From: Candidatus Saccharimonadota bacterium
Lineage (GTDB): Bacteria; Patescibacteriota; Gracilibacteria; BD1-5; UBA6164
Reading direction: 5' to 3'
Length of the DNA: 32,000 bases
Assembly: GCA_965227835.1 (NCBI GenBank)
Contig: OZ245768.1
Span: forward strand, 60,001 to 92,000
Shown here: in pieces, positions 1 to 12,046 of the stretch
Position numbering within the stretch: position 1 is the first letter of the stretch
How the letters are laid out: every line of letters starts with the position of its first letter
Notes under the pieces: model-generated
Databases searched by the model: none
Seen by the model: only the letters and a program-made list of their open reading frames with translations
Told to the model about the DNA's origin: nothing
Translations under genes and position numbers: made by a program

Positions 1-43
1 AGTTGTAAACAGGTATTATTATTGATACTTTAGGATTAAACAT
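1..43 (-). CDS. Glycosyltransferase family 2, first 14 codons only (gene runs off the window start)
   Basis: ATG at 43..41 on the minus strand. MFNPKVSIIIPVYN is a canonical GT2 N-terminus. It starts 6 nt after the stop of the upstream operon gene. Confidence 0.55.
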   Translation of the reverse strand, partial: MFNPKVSIIIPVYN

Positions 44-49
44 AACATA

Positions 50-1180
50 TTATTTTAAAATTAATTCCCGGTCTTTAATTAGTTTTTTTATATCGTATTT
101 TTTTATATTATTTTTAATTTTGTTTTTATCAAAATTAGTTTTTGTAATTATTTTCATTGCTTGAAGAAAACTTCTTTTATCCATATATGGTGTAATAATT
201 CAATTTTCATGTATTTCAATCTTTTTACATTTTCAAAAGTTATTATTATTTCTTATAAGTTCTTTTGCTCAATATTTAAAATCATGAGTTATCACGGGGA
301 TATTGCAAGATAGTGCTTCTAATATTACTCTTCAAAATCATTCATTTAAACTTGAAAATAGGAAATAATTAGACTTGTTTAAAAATTTATATACATTATC
401 TTGTCTTCAAAGTAAATATATATTTTTGTTTCAAATCTTTTTTATTAACTCTTCTAAATCTTTTTTCTTTCTTCAGTATCATATAATTAAAAATTGATAA
501 TTTTTATATTTTTTGTTAAATTCATTAAAACTATTTATTAAAAATTCTAAATTCTTAACTTTCTCTAATCTAGATACTGTTATAAAGTTTTCTTTTTTAT
601 TATCAAATAGATTCATATATTTTTTAATAGGTTCTTTTTTTCTTTTTTCAATTTCATTTATATTTAGGGGATTATATAATATTTCTATGTTTTTATATCA
701 CTTATTTTTTAGTTCTAAAGCCATTTCTTTAGAAATAGTTATTATTTTGTCGGCTTTTTTATAAAAATAATTAAAAAGATATTTATAAAAAAAAGATCAT
801 TTATTCGTGTAAAAAGACAAAGAGTTATGTATAAAAATATAAATTTTACTCTTGTTTCAAAAAATTATCTTACTTATAATATTTGACAAATTTAAACTAT
901 CTCAATGTGATATTGATATACATATATTTTCTTTTTTACAAATATTTTTATATTTTAATGCCCTTGAAAATAATTGATATAATAACACTAAAGGATTATA
1001 CGAGTGAATTTTTTCATTTAGGTTTATAATTTTATTTTTTATTCAAGTATTATTTTTTTTATCATATACTTGTACTATAATATCATTATTTTTTGAGGTA
1101 TCTAATAAAATCTGAAGGAAACTTTCAACTCATCAGATTAAATTTGTTTGATAAATTATGTGAAGAATATTTTTCTTCAT
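50..1180 (-). CDS. Glycosyltransferase family 4 (GT-B, retaining type)
   Basis: 376-codon ORF, checked codon by codon and open only when TGA is sense. The C-terminal SSLNEGFGRVILEALSCNIPVITHD matches the GT4 E-x7-E region. TAA stop at 52..50. Confidence 0.8.
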
Positions 1181-2037
1181 TAATATTTTTTATATCATAA
1201 TAATTTTAGAAATTGAATTGTATTAGATAATATAAGATTTTTTATATATCTATATTTTATAGTTTTGTTTAATTTCTTTAAATAGTTTAAATTCTCAACT
1301 GTGAGTTCATTTCAAAACTCTTTAATTAAAAATGGTATAAGTTTTTTTTGTTCCTTAAATATTCTTTTTATGTTATTACTAGCATTATTCTTATGTTTTC
1401 TAATTTTCATTAATGAATCTTTAATATAATAAACATTAAAATTTTTAGCAATAATATATGAAATATATGTATCAGTTATTGTTCAAAAATCCTTAAATCA
1501 TCCATGATCTTTCAATTTATTAGTTTTTATTACGGATATAAAAAATGTATATGAAAAATTAAGTGAATTTTTAACTCTGTAGTTAAGAAATTGATTTCAA
1601 TGTTTGTGAAATCATGGTTTCATATCTGTAGTTAATTCAGAAATTATATTTCAAAAACTATTTATATTTTCAATATCAAAATATATGCAATCTATTTTTG
1701 GTTTCTTGTTAATTTTTTCATAACATTTATCGATAAAATCTTTTTTTACTATATCATCGTCTCACATGGGGATGAACCATTTTGTTTTACACTTATTTAA
1801 CAAAAAATTCCATCAATTAAACATTCATAAATTTTTTTCTTGCTTAAATATTTTTATATTACTATACTTTTCATATTTTTTATAATTTATACTGATTGTG
1901 GATCAATCATCAGAGATTAATATTTCCCAGTTATTATTGGATTGATTTATTATTGATTCTAAACATTTATGAAAAAAAGATTCTCTTAGTTTTGAATCAA
2001 TTTTGGTAGTGATTGCAAATGTAATTTTATCAAGCAT
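1180..2037 (-). CDS. Glycosyltransferase family 2
   Basis: 285-codon ORF verified open in code 25. Motifs: WEILISDDGS (nucleotide-sugar binding) and PMGDDD. Its stop overlaps the next start as TAATG. Confidence 0.7.
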
Positions 2038-2776
2038 TATTTATTTTTTTAAAATATTTTTGATAAATACTCTTTAATGCTTGATTATGAGTTACTTTAT
2101 TAATTCAAAAATAAAAAAGTATTGTATGTGAAAAAAATCAATAAATTTTTCTAATACATGAGTAAATATTATTTTTTGACTTAATATCTTTATTTAATAT
2201 TGCAAACATAGCACCATAAGGTGTTTCAAATTTTTCGTTAGTTATAGCATCAAAAAAATGAAATTCTTTACATATATAAATATTCCACTCATCTCAAAAA
2301 TCTTTTTCTGTCCATCAAGATTTGTGTTTTTGCCATTCTGCTCAATCTAATCACCATGCATCCTTCATTCATTCAGGAATTTCTTGAGGTATAAAACCAT
2401 AGGGAGTAAAAATAATAACTTGTTTTCTAGCTAAAGGTATTGTTTCATTTAGTACTTTTAATCACTCTTCTTTTTCTAAATGTTCAATAACATCTAGAGT
2501 AATTACTGTATCTACTCACTCTTTAGGAATAGTTTTTATTACTTCATCCCATTTTTGTTTTAGAACAACAAAAAATCTATCTTTGTTTCAAACCTTTTTT
2601 AATAAATGTTCTGCATATTGTTCATAGGGTTCAGCACATATATGAACTATAGGTTTTATATATTTTTGAGGATTAATTCAACATCAAATATCTAAAACTA
2701 TATCTGTTTGTTTTATTTTTTTAGAAACTGTATCTAAAAATTCTCATTGAGATGATATAAATTTTATATTTTTCAT
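2027..2776 (-). CDS. Class I SAM-dependent methyltransferase
   Basis: 249-codon ORF verified open in code 25. Motif I VLDIGCGINP and LDVIEHLEKEE. Overlaps both neighbours by 11-13 nt, consistent with an operon. Confidence 0.75.
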
Positions 2777-3501
2777 TTATTTTTTATAAATTCAAAAACT
2801 ATTCTTTTATTTTTATTTAATGTATGATAAAAATAAATATTAATTTTCCTTAAAATATGTGATTTTTCTATAATTAAATTATTTAGGTTTTTATTATTAA
2901 ATATTTTAATTATTTCTTTATTTTCTTTTTCTAAATTTGCTATTTTTTTCTCAAAAATAGATATTTTTGTAATTCTATTTTTCAAATAAATTTTTATTTC
3001 TCATAAATATTTATTTTGCTTATTCTTTTTAACCGATTTTGAATAATAAAAATAAATATCATTATACTTAGCATATTCATTTATTATTTCAATTTTTTCT
3101 TGTATTGTATATGAGTTGTAAATTAAATTATTATTTAATATCCAACCTAATCAATTATAATTTCTAATTGATTTTGAGTTATTTATATTATATTCAGGTA
3201 TTTTATTGAAGTATAAACAACATGCTATCCTATGATGTCAATCAATAGGTATGAGTTCTTTACTAACCATTATTGGATAATTTTTGTTAAATCAATTTTT
3301 TTTAAAATCATCAATTAATGTATTAAAATTTTTAGAAAAATCATTTATATTCTTTTTATTATACTCGATTCATCACATTATGTATTGATACCTTTCATAC
3401 ATTTCTTTATATTTTTCAAAATTGATTCACTCTATATATCATTTTATGTATAAAGTTCATAATCATACTTTTTTTGAAATTATTTTTTTTAAATCCTCCA
3501 T
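2764..3501 (-). CDS. Hypothetical protein with ParB/sulfiredoxin-like DGHHR motif
   Basis: 245-codon ORF verified open. PIDGHHRIACC resembles the ParB-N/Srx-fold catalytic motif. The C-terminal third looks coiled-coil. Start overlaps the upstream stop as TAATG. Confidence 0.55.
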
Positions 3502-4223
3502 TATTTTATTTTTAATATAAAAAAGTTTCTTATAACTCAATTATCATCATCACTAAATCATTTATCAATTATCCTAAAAATTCAATTTTCAATTATTTTA
3601 TTTTCTAAATTACTATCATCTCATTTTCTATCAATTCATTTGTAAATAAAATGACTTTCCATGATAAATATTCAATTATACTTTAGTAATTCTGAAATTC
3701 TTTTAATATAATCATTAAATTCTATTCATACCCACCAATGAACAGCAAAACTCATAATTAAATCATATTTCTTATTTGTTTCATATTTTCAAAAATCTCA
3801 ATTTATAATATTAACATTTTTTATTCATTCTTTTTTTTGTAAGTATTTTCAGATATCTGTTGCATATTTTGCATATTCCACTATATCTATATGTTTTACA
3901 AACCTGGATAAATATAATGATAAGAATCATACATTTCATCAAATATCCAGAATTTCACTATCCTTGTTAATGTATTTTAATAATCAATAGTTTCATATTC
4001 TTGAAGCAGAAGGTCTTTGACCTTTTATATTTAATGGAGGATAACTTTGATATGGATAATAATAATTTTTTGTTTCAACACCTTTTAAAAACATTTTTCT
4101 GATATTGTACTCCAATTGAGATATATGTCCTATTTTATAAAAATAATAATTCTCAATTTTTGTGTAAAATAAAACGACGTAATGTTTAAGATTAATTGCA
4201 ATTTTTTCAATTATTTTTTTCAT
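3501..4223 (-). CDS. Class I SAM-dependent methyltransferase
   Basis: 240-codon ORF verified open. Motif I ILDIGGNVGFLSLYL (both Gly of GG written TGA) and DLIMSFAVHWW. Confidence 0.75.
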
Positions 4224-4235
4224 TTTATATTTTTA

Positions 4236-4997
4236 CTAACTATCATTAAACTTACTATCTTCAATTTTATATGTATGCCAATTTTTTGTAATAAGAGACA
4301 TATCACGAGTAAGTCATACTCAACTATATTCTCAAATTGTTAATTTTCATACCTTACTTCATCATAGTGTAGCATATTCATACATGGATATTTTTCTGTC
4401 TCAACATATATGTATTATTTGTTTTTCTTTATTATCTTCTAAAAATTCTTTCATTCACTTTGCTACTCACTGAGCAAATAAGTATGTTCAAAACCTATCT
4501 GTAAATGCTTTCTCGTACTCCCATGGCATCGTAGTAAAATTTGTTCTAGCTATTATTGTCGTGAAATTATCATCATCATAAGATTTTACTATTTCTTCTG
4601 ATGCTAGTTTTGTTAATCAATAATAATGTTTTGGATTTGGAGTTGAATTTTCATCATATGGTGACTCTTCTCAAGAAAATATACAAGCTGTCTGTAGGTA
4701 TAAAAATTTTTTTATTCATTGTCTTTTTGCAATTTTTAATAAATTTCTTGTTGCTTTTACATTTACTTCCCAAGCTAGTTCTTTATTTTCCTCACATTTT
4801 GGAATTGATGCTATTGCTGCCAAGTGAATTATGTATTTTGCTTTGTTTTTTTTGAGAAATGATTCAACCATTTTTATATTTGTGATATCCATTTCTTTTC
4901 TATTGGGATAGATAGAATTTGGAAATACCTTTTTACATGCTTTACCTAATCTTCAAGTTCATCATGTAATTATTATTTGATCATCAGTGATTTTCAT
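4236..4997 (-). CDS. NAD(P)-dependent sugar reductase, RmlD/FnlB-like short-chain dehydrogenase
   Basis: 253-codon ORF verified open. Rossmann motif IIITGGTGRLGKA with TGA at Gly positions. Catalytic YxxxK in HYYGLTKLASE. Confidence 0.75.
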
Positions 4998-5001
4998 TTT
5001 T

Positions 5002-5765
5002 TTATTCATATTTTCTTGTCTTATTTCAATTTTTATCTGTAAATCATTTTTTCATCCATAATGCACTGTGAGGATTTTTTACAGATACTTGATTTTTTGG
5101 TCTTTCTTCTTTTGTATAGTAATACAATATTATTGATTTTCTTCCAATATTTTGACTACATTTTAAAGGGTTTGGACTTCAATGAAAGCTCATATCATGA
5201 GAATCAAAAATTATCAATCTATTAAAAATAGGGCTTATTTTTTTGCACATCTACTTACATCATTTTCCCATAATTCAAACTCTCACCCCCATTTTTCATC
5301 CCAATCTTTATTTAAATAAACTATTGCATTTAATCTACGATCTAATCATGTTGCATCATGATAATTTCAATCTACATGTATATCTAATAATCAATCTTTT
5401 AGAGTTAGATTCAATCATCCTCAAGTGAAATATGAATCAGGTACTATTTTTTTAATTCACATTTTTTCAGACATAGCATTTAAAAATATTGATGAGTTCA
5501 TTATACGAACGGCTTCAACTATTCATTCTGGTATATCAAACTCTGATTGCCAGTTAGTTCTTTTTTTTATTTCAATATTTTTATTGTTTGTTTCTTGCCA
5601 GTGATTAGAATCATTACCAGGAAAATTCTTTAAACATTTTTCTGCCAATTCTTCAGAGAATATGTTGTCTATTTGTATATGTTTAAAAGGCTTTTCATAT
5701 AATTTCGTGCTTTTTATTTTTTCAGCAATCACTATTGCTTCTTTTTTTAGTTTATTTTGGTTCAT
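5002..5765 (-). pseudogene. 2OG-Fe(II) oxygenase (prolyl-4-hydroxylase-like), interrupted by a 1-nt deletion in a T7 run
   Basis: The N-terminal frame from ATG 5765 ends at an in-frame TAA (5237..5235) just after the run at 5238-5244. The downstream frame continues ISPIFNRLIIFDSHDMSFHGSP to a stop at 5004..5002. The joined protein has HVDGN...H, the 2-His-1-carboxylate pattern. Length 764 nt is one base short of a multiple of 3. Confidence 0.65.
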
Positions 5766-5788
5766 ATTTATATTTTTTAATATATATT

Positions 5789-6781
5789 TTAATCATTTAA
5801 AAATCATCATAAGTTAAGTATATCTCTTATTTCATACTCATTCATTAGATAGTCATTACTTGTATATTTTTTATCAGACATTTTTTTGTATTTTTTATAT
5901 TTTTCATTTAAGTATCATTCCACTGGTAAATGTATTCTAAAATTTTCATCTTCTACAGTATTTAATGCTTCAAATTCTGATATCAACTCTTCGTGTATTT
6001 TTTCTCCAGGCCTTACACCAATCTCATGATATTTAAATTCTTTTCAATAATTATTAGATAATACTTTTGCTAAGTCTAATATACGGCAAGCAGACATTTT
6101 TGTCACATAAATTTCTCACCCATAACAATTATCACAAGCTTTGAATAACAATAATATTGCTTGTTTTAATGTCATAAAATATCTTGTCATTTCTTTGTTT
6201 GTTATAGGGAAAGATTTATTTTCTTTCAACAAATTTTTAAAATAAGGTATTATACTTCATCTAGTTCACATCACATTTCATGCTCTTACACAAACAAATC
6301 TGGTATCAGTGTGTTTCTTATTAGCCTGTATTATCAATCTTTCTCAAACAGATTTGCAACTTCAGTATACATTTATAGGGTTGCATGCTTTATCTGTAGA
6401 TACATCAACAACCATTTTAACTCAATTATTTATAGAAGCACTTATAACATTCTCTGTTCACATAATATTTGTTTTTACACTTTCCCAAGGTTCGTTTTCA
6501 CATATAGGTACATGTTTCAAAGCAGCTAAATGGAATAAATAATCAACTCATCTACAGGATTCATTTAGTTTTTCACATTCTCTAACATCTCATATCACAT
6601 ATTTTATGATTTTATTTTCTGAAAATCTCCTTTTCATCAATACTTGAGACAGCTCTCACCTAGAATATATTATTATTTCCTTTGGAGAATAATTTTCAAG
6701 TAATTGTTTTGTCAATTCATTTCCCCAAGATCAACTTCATCCTGTTATTAATATTTTTGCATTATTAAAATCTGTTTTCAT
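5789..6781 (-). CDS. UDP-GlcNAc 4,6-dehydratase, CapD/FnlA/PseB family
   Basis: 330-codon ORF verified open. Motifs: ILITGGSGSWGNEL, GDVRE, HLAALKHVPICE, STDKACNPINVYGSCK (YxxxK), RAGNVMGTRGSIIP. Confidence 0.85.
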
Positions 6782-6787
6782 TATTTT

Positions 6788-7837
6788 TTATGTATTTCTT
6801 AAAATAATTTTTAAAATTTTTTCAGATACATTTGTATCTTTATAATCGTTTGGTATATCTCAAATTGTTGTATTAATAGCAACATTATATGCATTTATTA
6901 TTTCTTCCTTTTTTATTCAACTTAATATCATTGAGTTATTTTCTAGTAATTCAGGTCTTTCAGTGGATGTTCTTAATAATATGCAAGGTATTTTTAATAT
7001 ACTACATTCTTCAGGCACAGTTCAACTATCAGATAATACGCATTTTGCATATTTTTCAAGATTTAAAAAATGTGTAAATGAGAAGGGCTTGTTAATTTCA
7101 ATGTTTTTTCCAAGTATTATATTAAACTTTTTTATCATCACATCTAGTTTTGGATGCATTGATAATACAACTTTTGTTTCTTTTGCTAAATCATTTAGAG
7201 CATATATTATTCACTTTAAATTATTTTCTTCTATTATGTTTTCTTCTCTATGTAGACTTACCAATATATATTCACCTTTCTCCTTTCTTTCTCATACATT
7301 TTTTAAATTTTTATTTATAACCTCTGTTATAGGATTTCATGTAACTATTATTTTACTTGTGTGGTATCATTCAGCTAATAAATTCTCTCTACTTCTTTGG
7401 GTATATGGCAACAAAAAATCTGACACTGAGTCTATAATTCTTCTGTTTATTTCTTCGGGTACAATATCATCATAACATCTGTTTCAAGCTTCCATATGAA
7501 ATACGGGTATATTTTTTCTTTTTGCTACATAAGCACTAAGTCAAGAATTTGTATCTCATAGTATTAAAACAGCATCAGGTTTGACTTTTTCCAGAGTTAA
7601 GTTTATGTCTTTCATCATCTGTCAAATGAATTCAAATCATATTTTTTGATTTTTATTGAATTGGAAGTTAGGTTTCCTTATTTTTAGATCATCAAAAAAC
7701 TGATTTTTCAGTTCAGGGGTAAAATTTTGTCATGTATGAACAAAAAAATGTTTTGTATGTTTATCAAGTATTTTTATTATTTCACTTAATCTTATTAAAT
7801 CTGGTCTTGTTCCTGCTATTGTTACTATCTTTTTCAT
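6788..7837 (-). pseudogene. wecB: UDP-N-acetylglucosamine 2-epimerase (WecB/FnlC-like) carrying a +1/-1 frameshift pair
   Basis: Family motifs: GTRPDLIRL, HMEAGNRCYD, PEEINRR, VTGNP, HREEN, SDSGTVPEE, TERPE. Segment 7381-7503, which holds HMEAGNR, lies in a different frame from both flanks. There is an extra base in the A4 run 7498-7501 and a missing base near 7380. The start frame hits TAG at 7390..7388. Confidence 0.75.
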
Positions 7838-7941
7838 AATTTTAAAACTAACCACATTATAAAATATAAATTTTTTACTTATCCCTAAACTCTATATCTC
7901 AAAAAGATTTCTAATTTCTAAAATTTTTCTAAACCAAACTC

Positions 7942-9129
7942 TTAAACCTCCCAGGGATAAAAAACATCATAACTATCATTTTCCATTTTCTTCAAAGTTA
8001 CCACATTTCATCTCTTATAATACTTTTTCTCAAAATAATTAAGAGAAGTAAGCTTTTTTCAATTATAACTTATCTTAAGTTCATAAGGAACAGAATCAAT
8101 TACAAAATCTATCTCTTTTTTATCCTGAGTCCTATAAAAATTAATTTTATTAGATTTATAGGAGTTATTTATATAGTTAAAAAAAATATTTTCAAAACTA
8201 TTTCATACAATTTCATAATTATCTTCACAAAAATTCCTTATCCCATTATCTATAAAAAACAATTTTGGCATCTTGGTAAGCTCTCATCTCAAATTATTTG
8301 AAAAAGGATATATAAGTTTTATAACAAAAGTATTTTCTAGTAAAAACAACCACTCATTTAAAGTTTTTATATTTATTCAAACAGTATTTGAAATCTCTGA
8401 TAAATTCAATAAATTTCAAGATTGGTTTGCTAACAATCTTATTAACCTATTAAATTTTTCAAGTTCTTTTATCTTTCAAATATCTTTTATATCTTTTTCT
8501 ATATAATTACTATAAATTTGTTTCAAATACTCTTTTTTCAGTTCTATATTATCACTTAAGGCTATCTTTGGATATCATCAGAATTTTAGATATTCTTCAT
8601 AAAAAAATCTAATCTCATCATTTATATAAAAAGAATTAATTTTTTCTCATACAATTTTACTTAAATTATCTTTTCATTTAAAAATTAAAAATTCTTCAAA
8701 ACTTAGAGGTAAAATATCAAATTTTATAATCCTACCAACTAAAGAATCTTTCAATTTTCATCTTATTTCAAGTGTAGAAGATCAAGAAATTATAAACTTT
8801 ATATTTGAAAATGAATCATATATATACTTTAAAAAAGAAGTAGGATTTTCTAAATACTGAATTTCATCAATAAAAATTGTTATCTTATCTATCTCGTTCC
8901 AATTATTGTATAGTTTTAAATGGTTTATAAAAATATCTGGATCTCCATTTAAAAGTTCTAAATTTTGAGGCTTTTCTAGGTCTATAAATACTGAATTATC
9001 TTTAAAATACTCATCTCTTATATATTTCATCAAACTAGTTTTTCAAACCTGTCTAGCACCATAAAAAAGCAATATATCTTTTTTGTCTAAAAATAATTTT
9101 ATTTTTTCTAATACTTTTCTTTTGTACAT
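7942..9129 (-). CDS. AAA+ ATPase, AAA_14/DUF4143 family
   Basis: 395-codon ORF verified open. P-loop GARQVGKTS has its Gly before K written TGA. Walker B is IFIDEIQ. KFGGYP and EIDFVI are typical of the DUF4143 C-terminal domain. Confidence 0.8.
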
Positions 9130-9207
9130 ATTTAATATTTTTACCAGTAAGATACCTAAAATATTTAATATTTTTACCAGTAAGATACCTAAAATATTTA
9201 ATATTTT
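9128..9207. repeat. 33-bp tandem repeat (2.4 copies) ending in a 23-bp palindrome
   Basis: ATATTTAATATTTTTACCAGTAAGATACCTAAA occurs at 9128-9160 and 9161-9193, with a partial third copy from 9194. CCTAAAATATT-T-AATATTTTAGG is palindromic. Copy 1 overlaps the ATPase start codon. Confidence 0.85.
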
Positions 9208-9362
9208 AGGTAGTATAACTTATTTTTGTTAAAGAATCAAGTTTAGTTTATTTTTCTGCAAAATATTATTTGGTATTTTGTATTGGTTCCTCACTGTGTT
9301 TTTATACTAAAAAAACATACTATGTTTGTCCTTAAATTAAATTTTTATTATTCATCTTTTTT

Positions 9363-10880
9363 CTAAATCTTACTTCTCAACTTCATTATTTCTCGAACAA
9401 AATTCTTAAACTCACCAAAATTTATAGCAATAAAAATTAAAAACCAAAAAATTCAAATCAAAAACATAGCTCATAAGCTGGATAATCTTCATAAACCATC
9501 TAACAAAGGACTTACAAAAACATTTCCAAGTATTCCCAAAATTCACAATAGTACTACATTTTTTACAAGAAAAACAAAATCAAATTTTATAAAATACTTT
9601 CTTCATAAAAAATACTCACTCATAGCATAAATCAATATCCATCAAATTCAAGTAGCAAGAGCAGCTCAGTAAACTCAAATTAGTTTTATAAAAATAAGAT
9701 TCATTATAAAGTTAAAAATTAAAGCTATAAATATTATCTTTACCCTATCAGCTACTCTTCAAATTCATGCCAGTATACTAAAGTTTATATGCAATAAAAA
9801 ATTAAAAACCAAAAACAATACAGAATATTTCAAAATCACTCATGAAGTCAAAAACTTTTCTCAAAACAAAGTATATGCTATAGTTTCAGCAAATACAAAC
9901 ATCAATATATTAAAAGAAATAGCAACAGCTATGAAATTTTTACTCATTATCTCTTTAACCATTTTTATTTTATTGTTCTCCTTTTTTGCATTCATTTCTG
10001 AAAACATAGGAAAAAGAAGTCAAAAAATAGGTCAAATAATCATTACAGGAATTCAAACTATACTTAGATAATTTGTATAATATCAAGCATCCTTAGTCCC
10101 AAGTAAATAAATAACCATTTGCATATCTATTTGACTAAGTATATTTCATGCTTGAGATCAAACAAATACCAACAAAGCATATGAAAAAACCTTTTTAAAA
10201 AGACTCCTTGACCAAATAATTTTTGATTTACATAAATATTTTTTGTAGTAGCTTCTATAAAAAAAGTAAATAACAAAAATCAATCAAAAATACATTCATA
10301 AAACCCGTGCAGAAGAATAAACTACAATATTTCAAAGATCAAGCAAAAACACAAAAACTGTGAATCCCAGTATAAAAAGCATTCTTAAAAATTCTGTAAG
10401 TTTATTGTAAAAAGTATTTTGAACAGCTAAGAAAAAGTTATTAAAAACTTGAAAAATATTTACTCACAAAAAATACAAGGCAAATATTTTTACTATATCA
10501 GAAGCAACATCAGATTTAAAATAGCTACTAGCCAAAAATTCTGCACCAAAAAATAAGATAAAAGCTATAATTATACCTGTTACAAGCTGTGTTAAAAACG
10601 AATATGCAATTAAACTTTTAACTTTATCATACTTATCTTTTTCTATATATTTTGGTATAAAATAATTCAAACTCTCAGTCATTCAAAAATCATTGAAACC
10701 TGCAAGCAGAGAAACTAAACTAAGTATTCAATAAAGTACTCAAAGTTCACTTACACTAACTTCTCCAGACACTATTATTTTTATAATATATCCAGTAGGA
10801 GCAATAACAAACGAAAAAAAATAAAGCCAAAATCACTTCTTTAAAAATTTTTCAGTCAATGTATTATGCTGTTCTATCAT
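9363..10880 (-). pseudogene. MOP/Wzx-type polysaccharide flippase carrying a +1/-1 frameshift pair
   Basis: About 505 codons of multi-TM protein, ending GVYGAALATGIGWILIY, a typical MOP C-terminal helix pair. The start frame meets TAG at 9779..9777 and 9746..9744. Residues ILAGIGRVADRVKIIFIA are encoded in another frame between an extra base in the A4 run 9779-9782 and a missing base near 9721. Confidence 0.7.
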
Positions 10881-11988
10881 TAAGTACCTTTTTTATAATT
10901 TTTTCAAATTCTAAACTATTTTTTTCACAACTTCTATGATTTTTTATATGATTAAAACTTGATTTTGCCAAATTTATATAATTTTTTTCATTTTTTAAAA
11001 TATCATACATTTTCTCTCACATAGCCTCATAATCTCAATCTTTTACTTTAAAACCATTTATACCATCTTTTATACTATCTCTCACACCTCACACATCATA
11101 TCAAATTGCAGGTATGCCGTAAGAATTAGCCTCAAGAACTACAATTCAATATCATTCTTTATAAGAAGGCAAAAGAAGTATTTTACTTTTACTTATATCT
11201 TTTTTATTTTTTATATTTCATTTAAATTCAACCAAATCTTCCAAAGACAAACTCTTTATTAAATCTTTTATTCAATTTAAGTACTTTCATTCTTTATATT
11301 TTCAAAATATATTTAGTTTGTATTTTTTATTGTATTTATTCACAAAATGTCTAAATGCAAGTATAGCATGTTCAAGTCTTTTCATCGGTGTTATTCTGCT
11401 AAAAAAAGCTATTTCATTTTTTTTCTCTCATAAATTTATTTTACATCCTTTGTCAAAGTCTATAGTATTTTCTATTTCAAATACTTTTTTCTTATCAAAA
11501 AAATATTTATCTACCAACTCATCTTTACTAGATTTAGAAACAGTTATTGTATATTTATTTTTATATAGATCTAGAGATTTTCTATATAAAAACCTTCACA
11601 ATAGATTAAAAGGAAAAATATATTTGAAATCCCATTCAATATCAGAAATATGATGTATCAAAAAAATAATTGGGATATCTTTCTCAAAAATAGGGGATAG
11701 CATAGGAAATCATCAAGCTTCATCTATTATCAAATCAAACTTTCACTTCAAATTTTTTCTGTAATAAGTTGGAAATATGAAATATATACTGTTTATATTT
11801 CATACTCTTATAATTTTAACTCAATTTATTGTTTCTTTCTTAGGACTATCACCAAAACCACTACCTATCCATGTAATATCATATCATTTATTTTTTATAT
11901 TTTTTATATAATTCCATAAAACTACTTCAGCTCATCAAGCATCTGGGTGTTTTATATCTTTCCAAGATAAAAAGATAATTTTTTTCAT
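10864..11988 (-). CDS. Glycosyltransferase family 4
   Basis: 374-codon ORF verified open. LPSYKEGYGIVVLEANSYGIPAIGYDVGGVRDSIKDGINGF is the GT4 E-x7-E region. The next gene's start overlaps by 17 nt. Confidence 0.8.
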
Positions 11989-12046
11989 AAAAAAGGGGGG
12001 CTTAAATAACCCACCAATTATATAAAAAAATATTAATTTTCAATTT

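Noticed and set aside
6963-7475. 170-aa plus-strand ORF in the supplied track. Similar cases are 513-764, 4601-4855, 6309-6542, 8273-8506, 11318-11653 and 13733-14163.
   Set aside because: These are shadow ORFs antisense to verified minus-strand code-25 genes. Their products are low-complexity F/L/I/S-rich sequences with no start context.
9128-9207. Possible CRISPR array, because of the 33-bp repeat length.
   Set aside because: The copies are directly adjacent with no spacers, there are only 2.4 units, and no cas genes are nearby. It is a simple tandem duplication.
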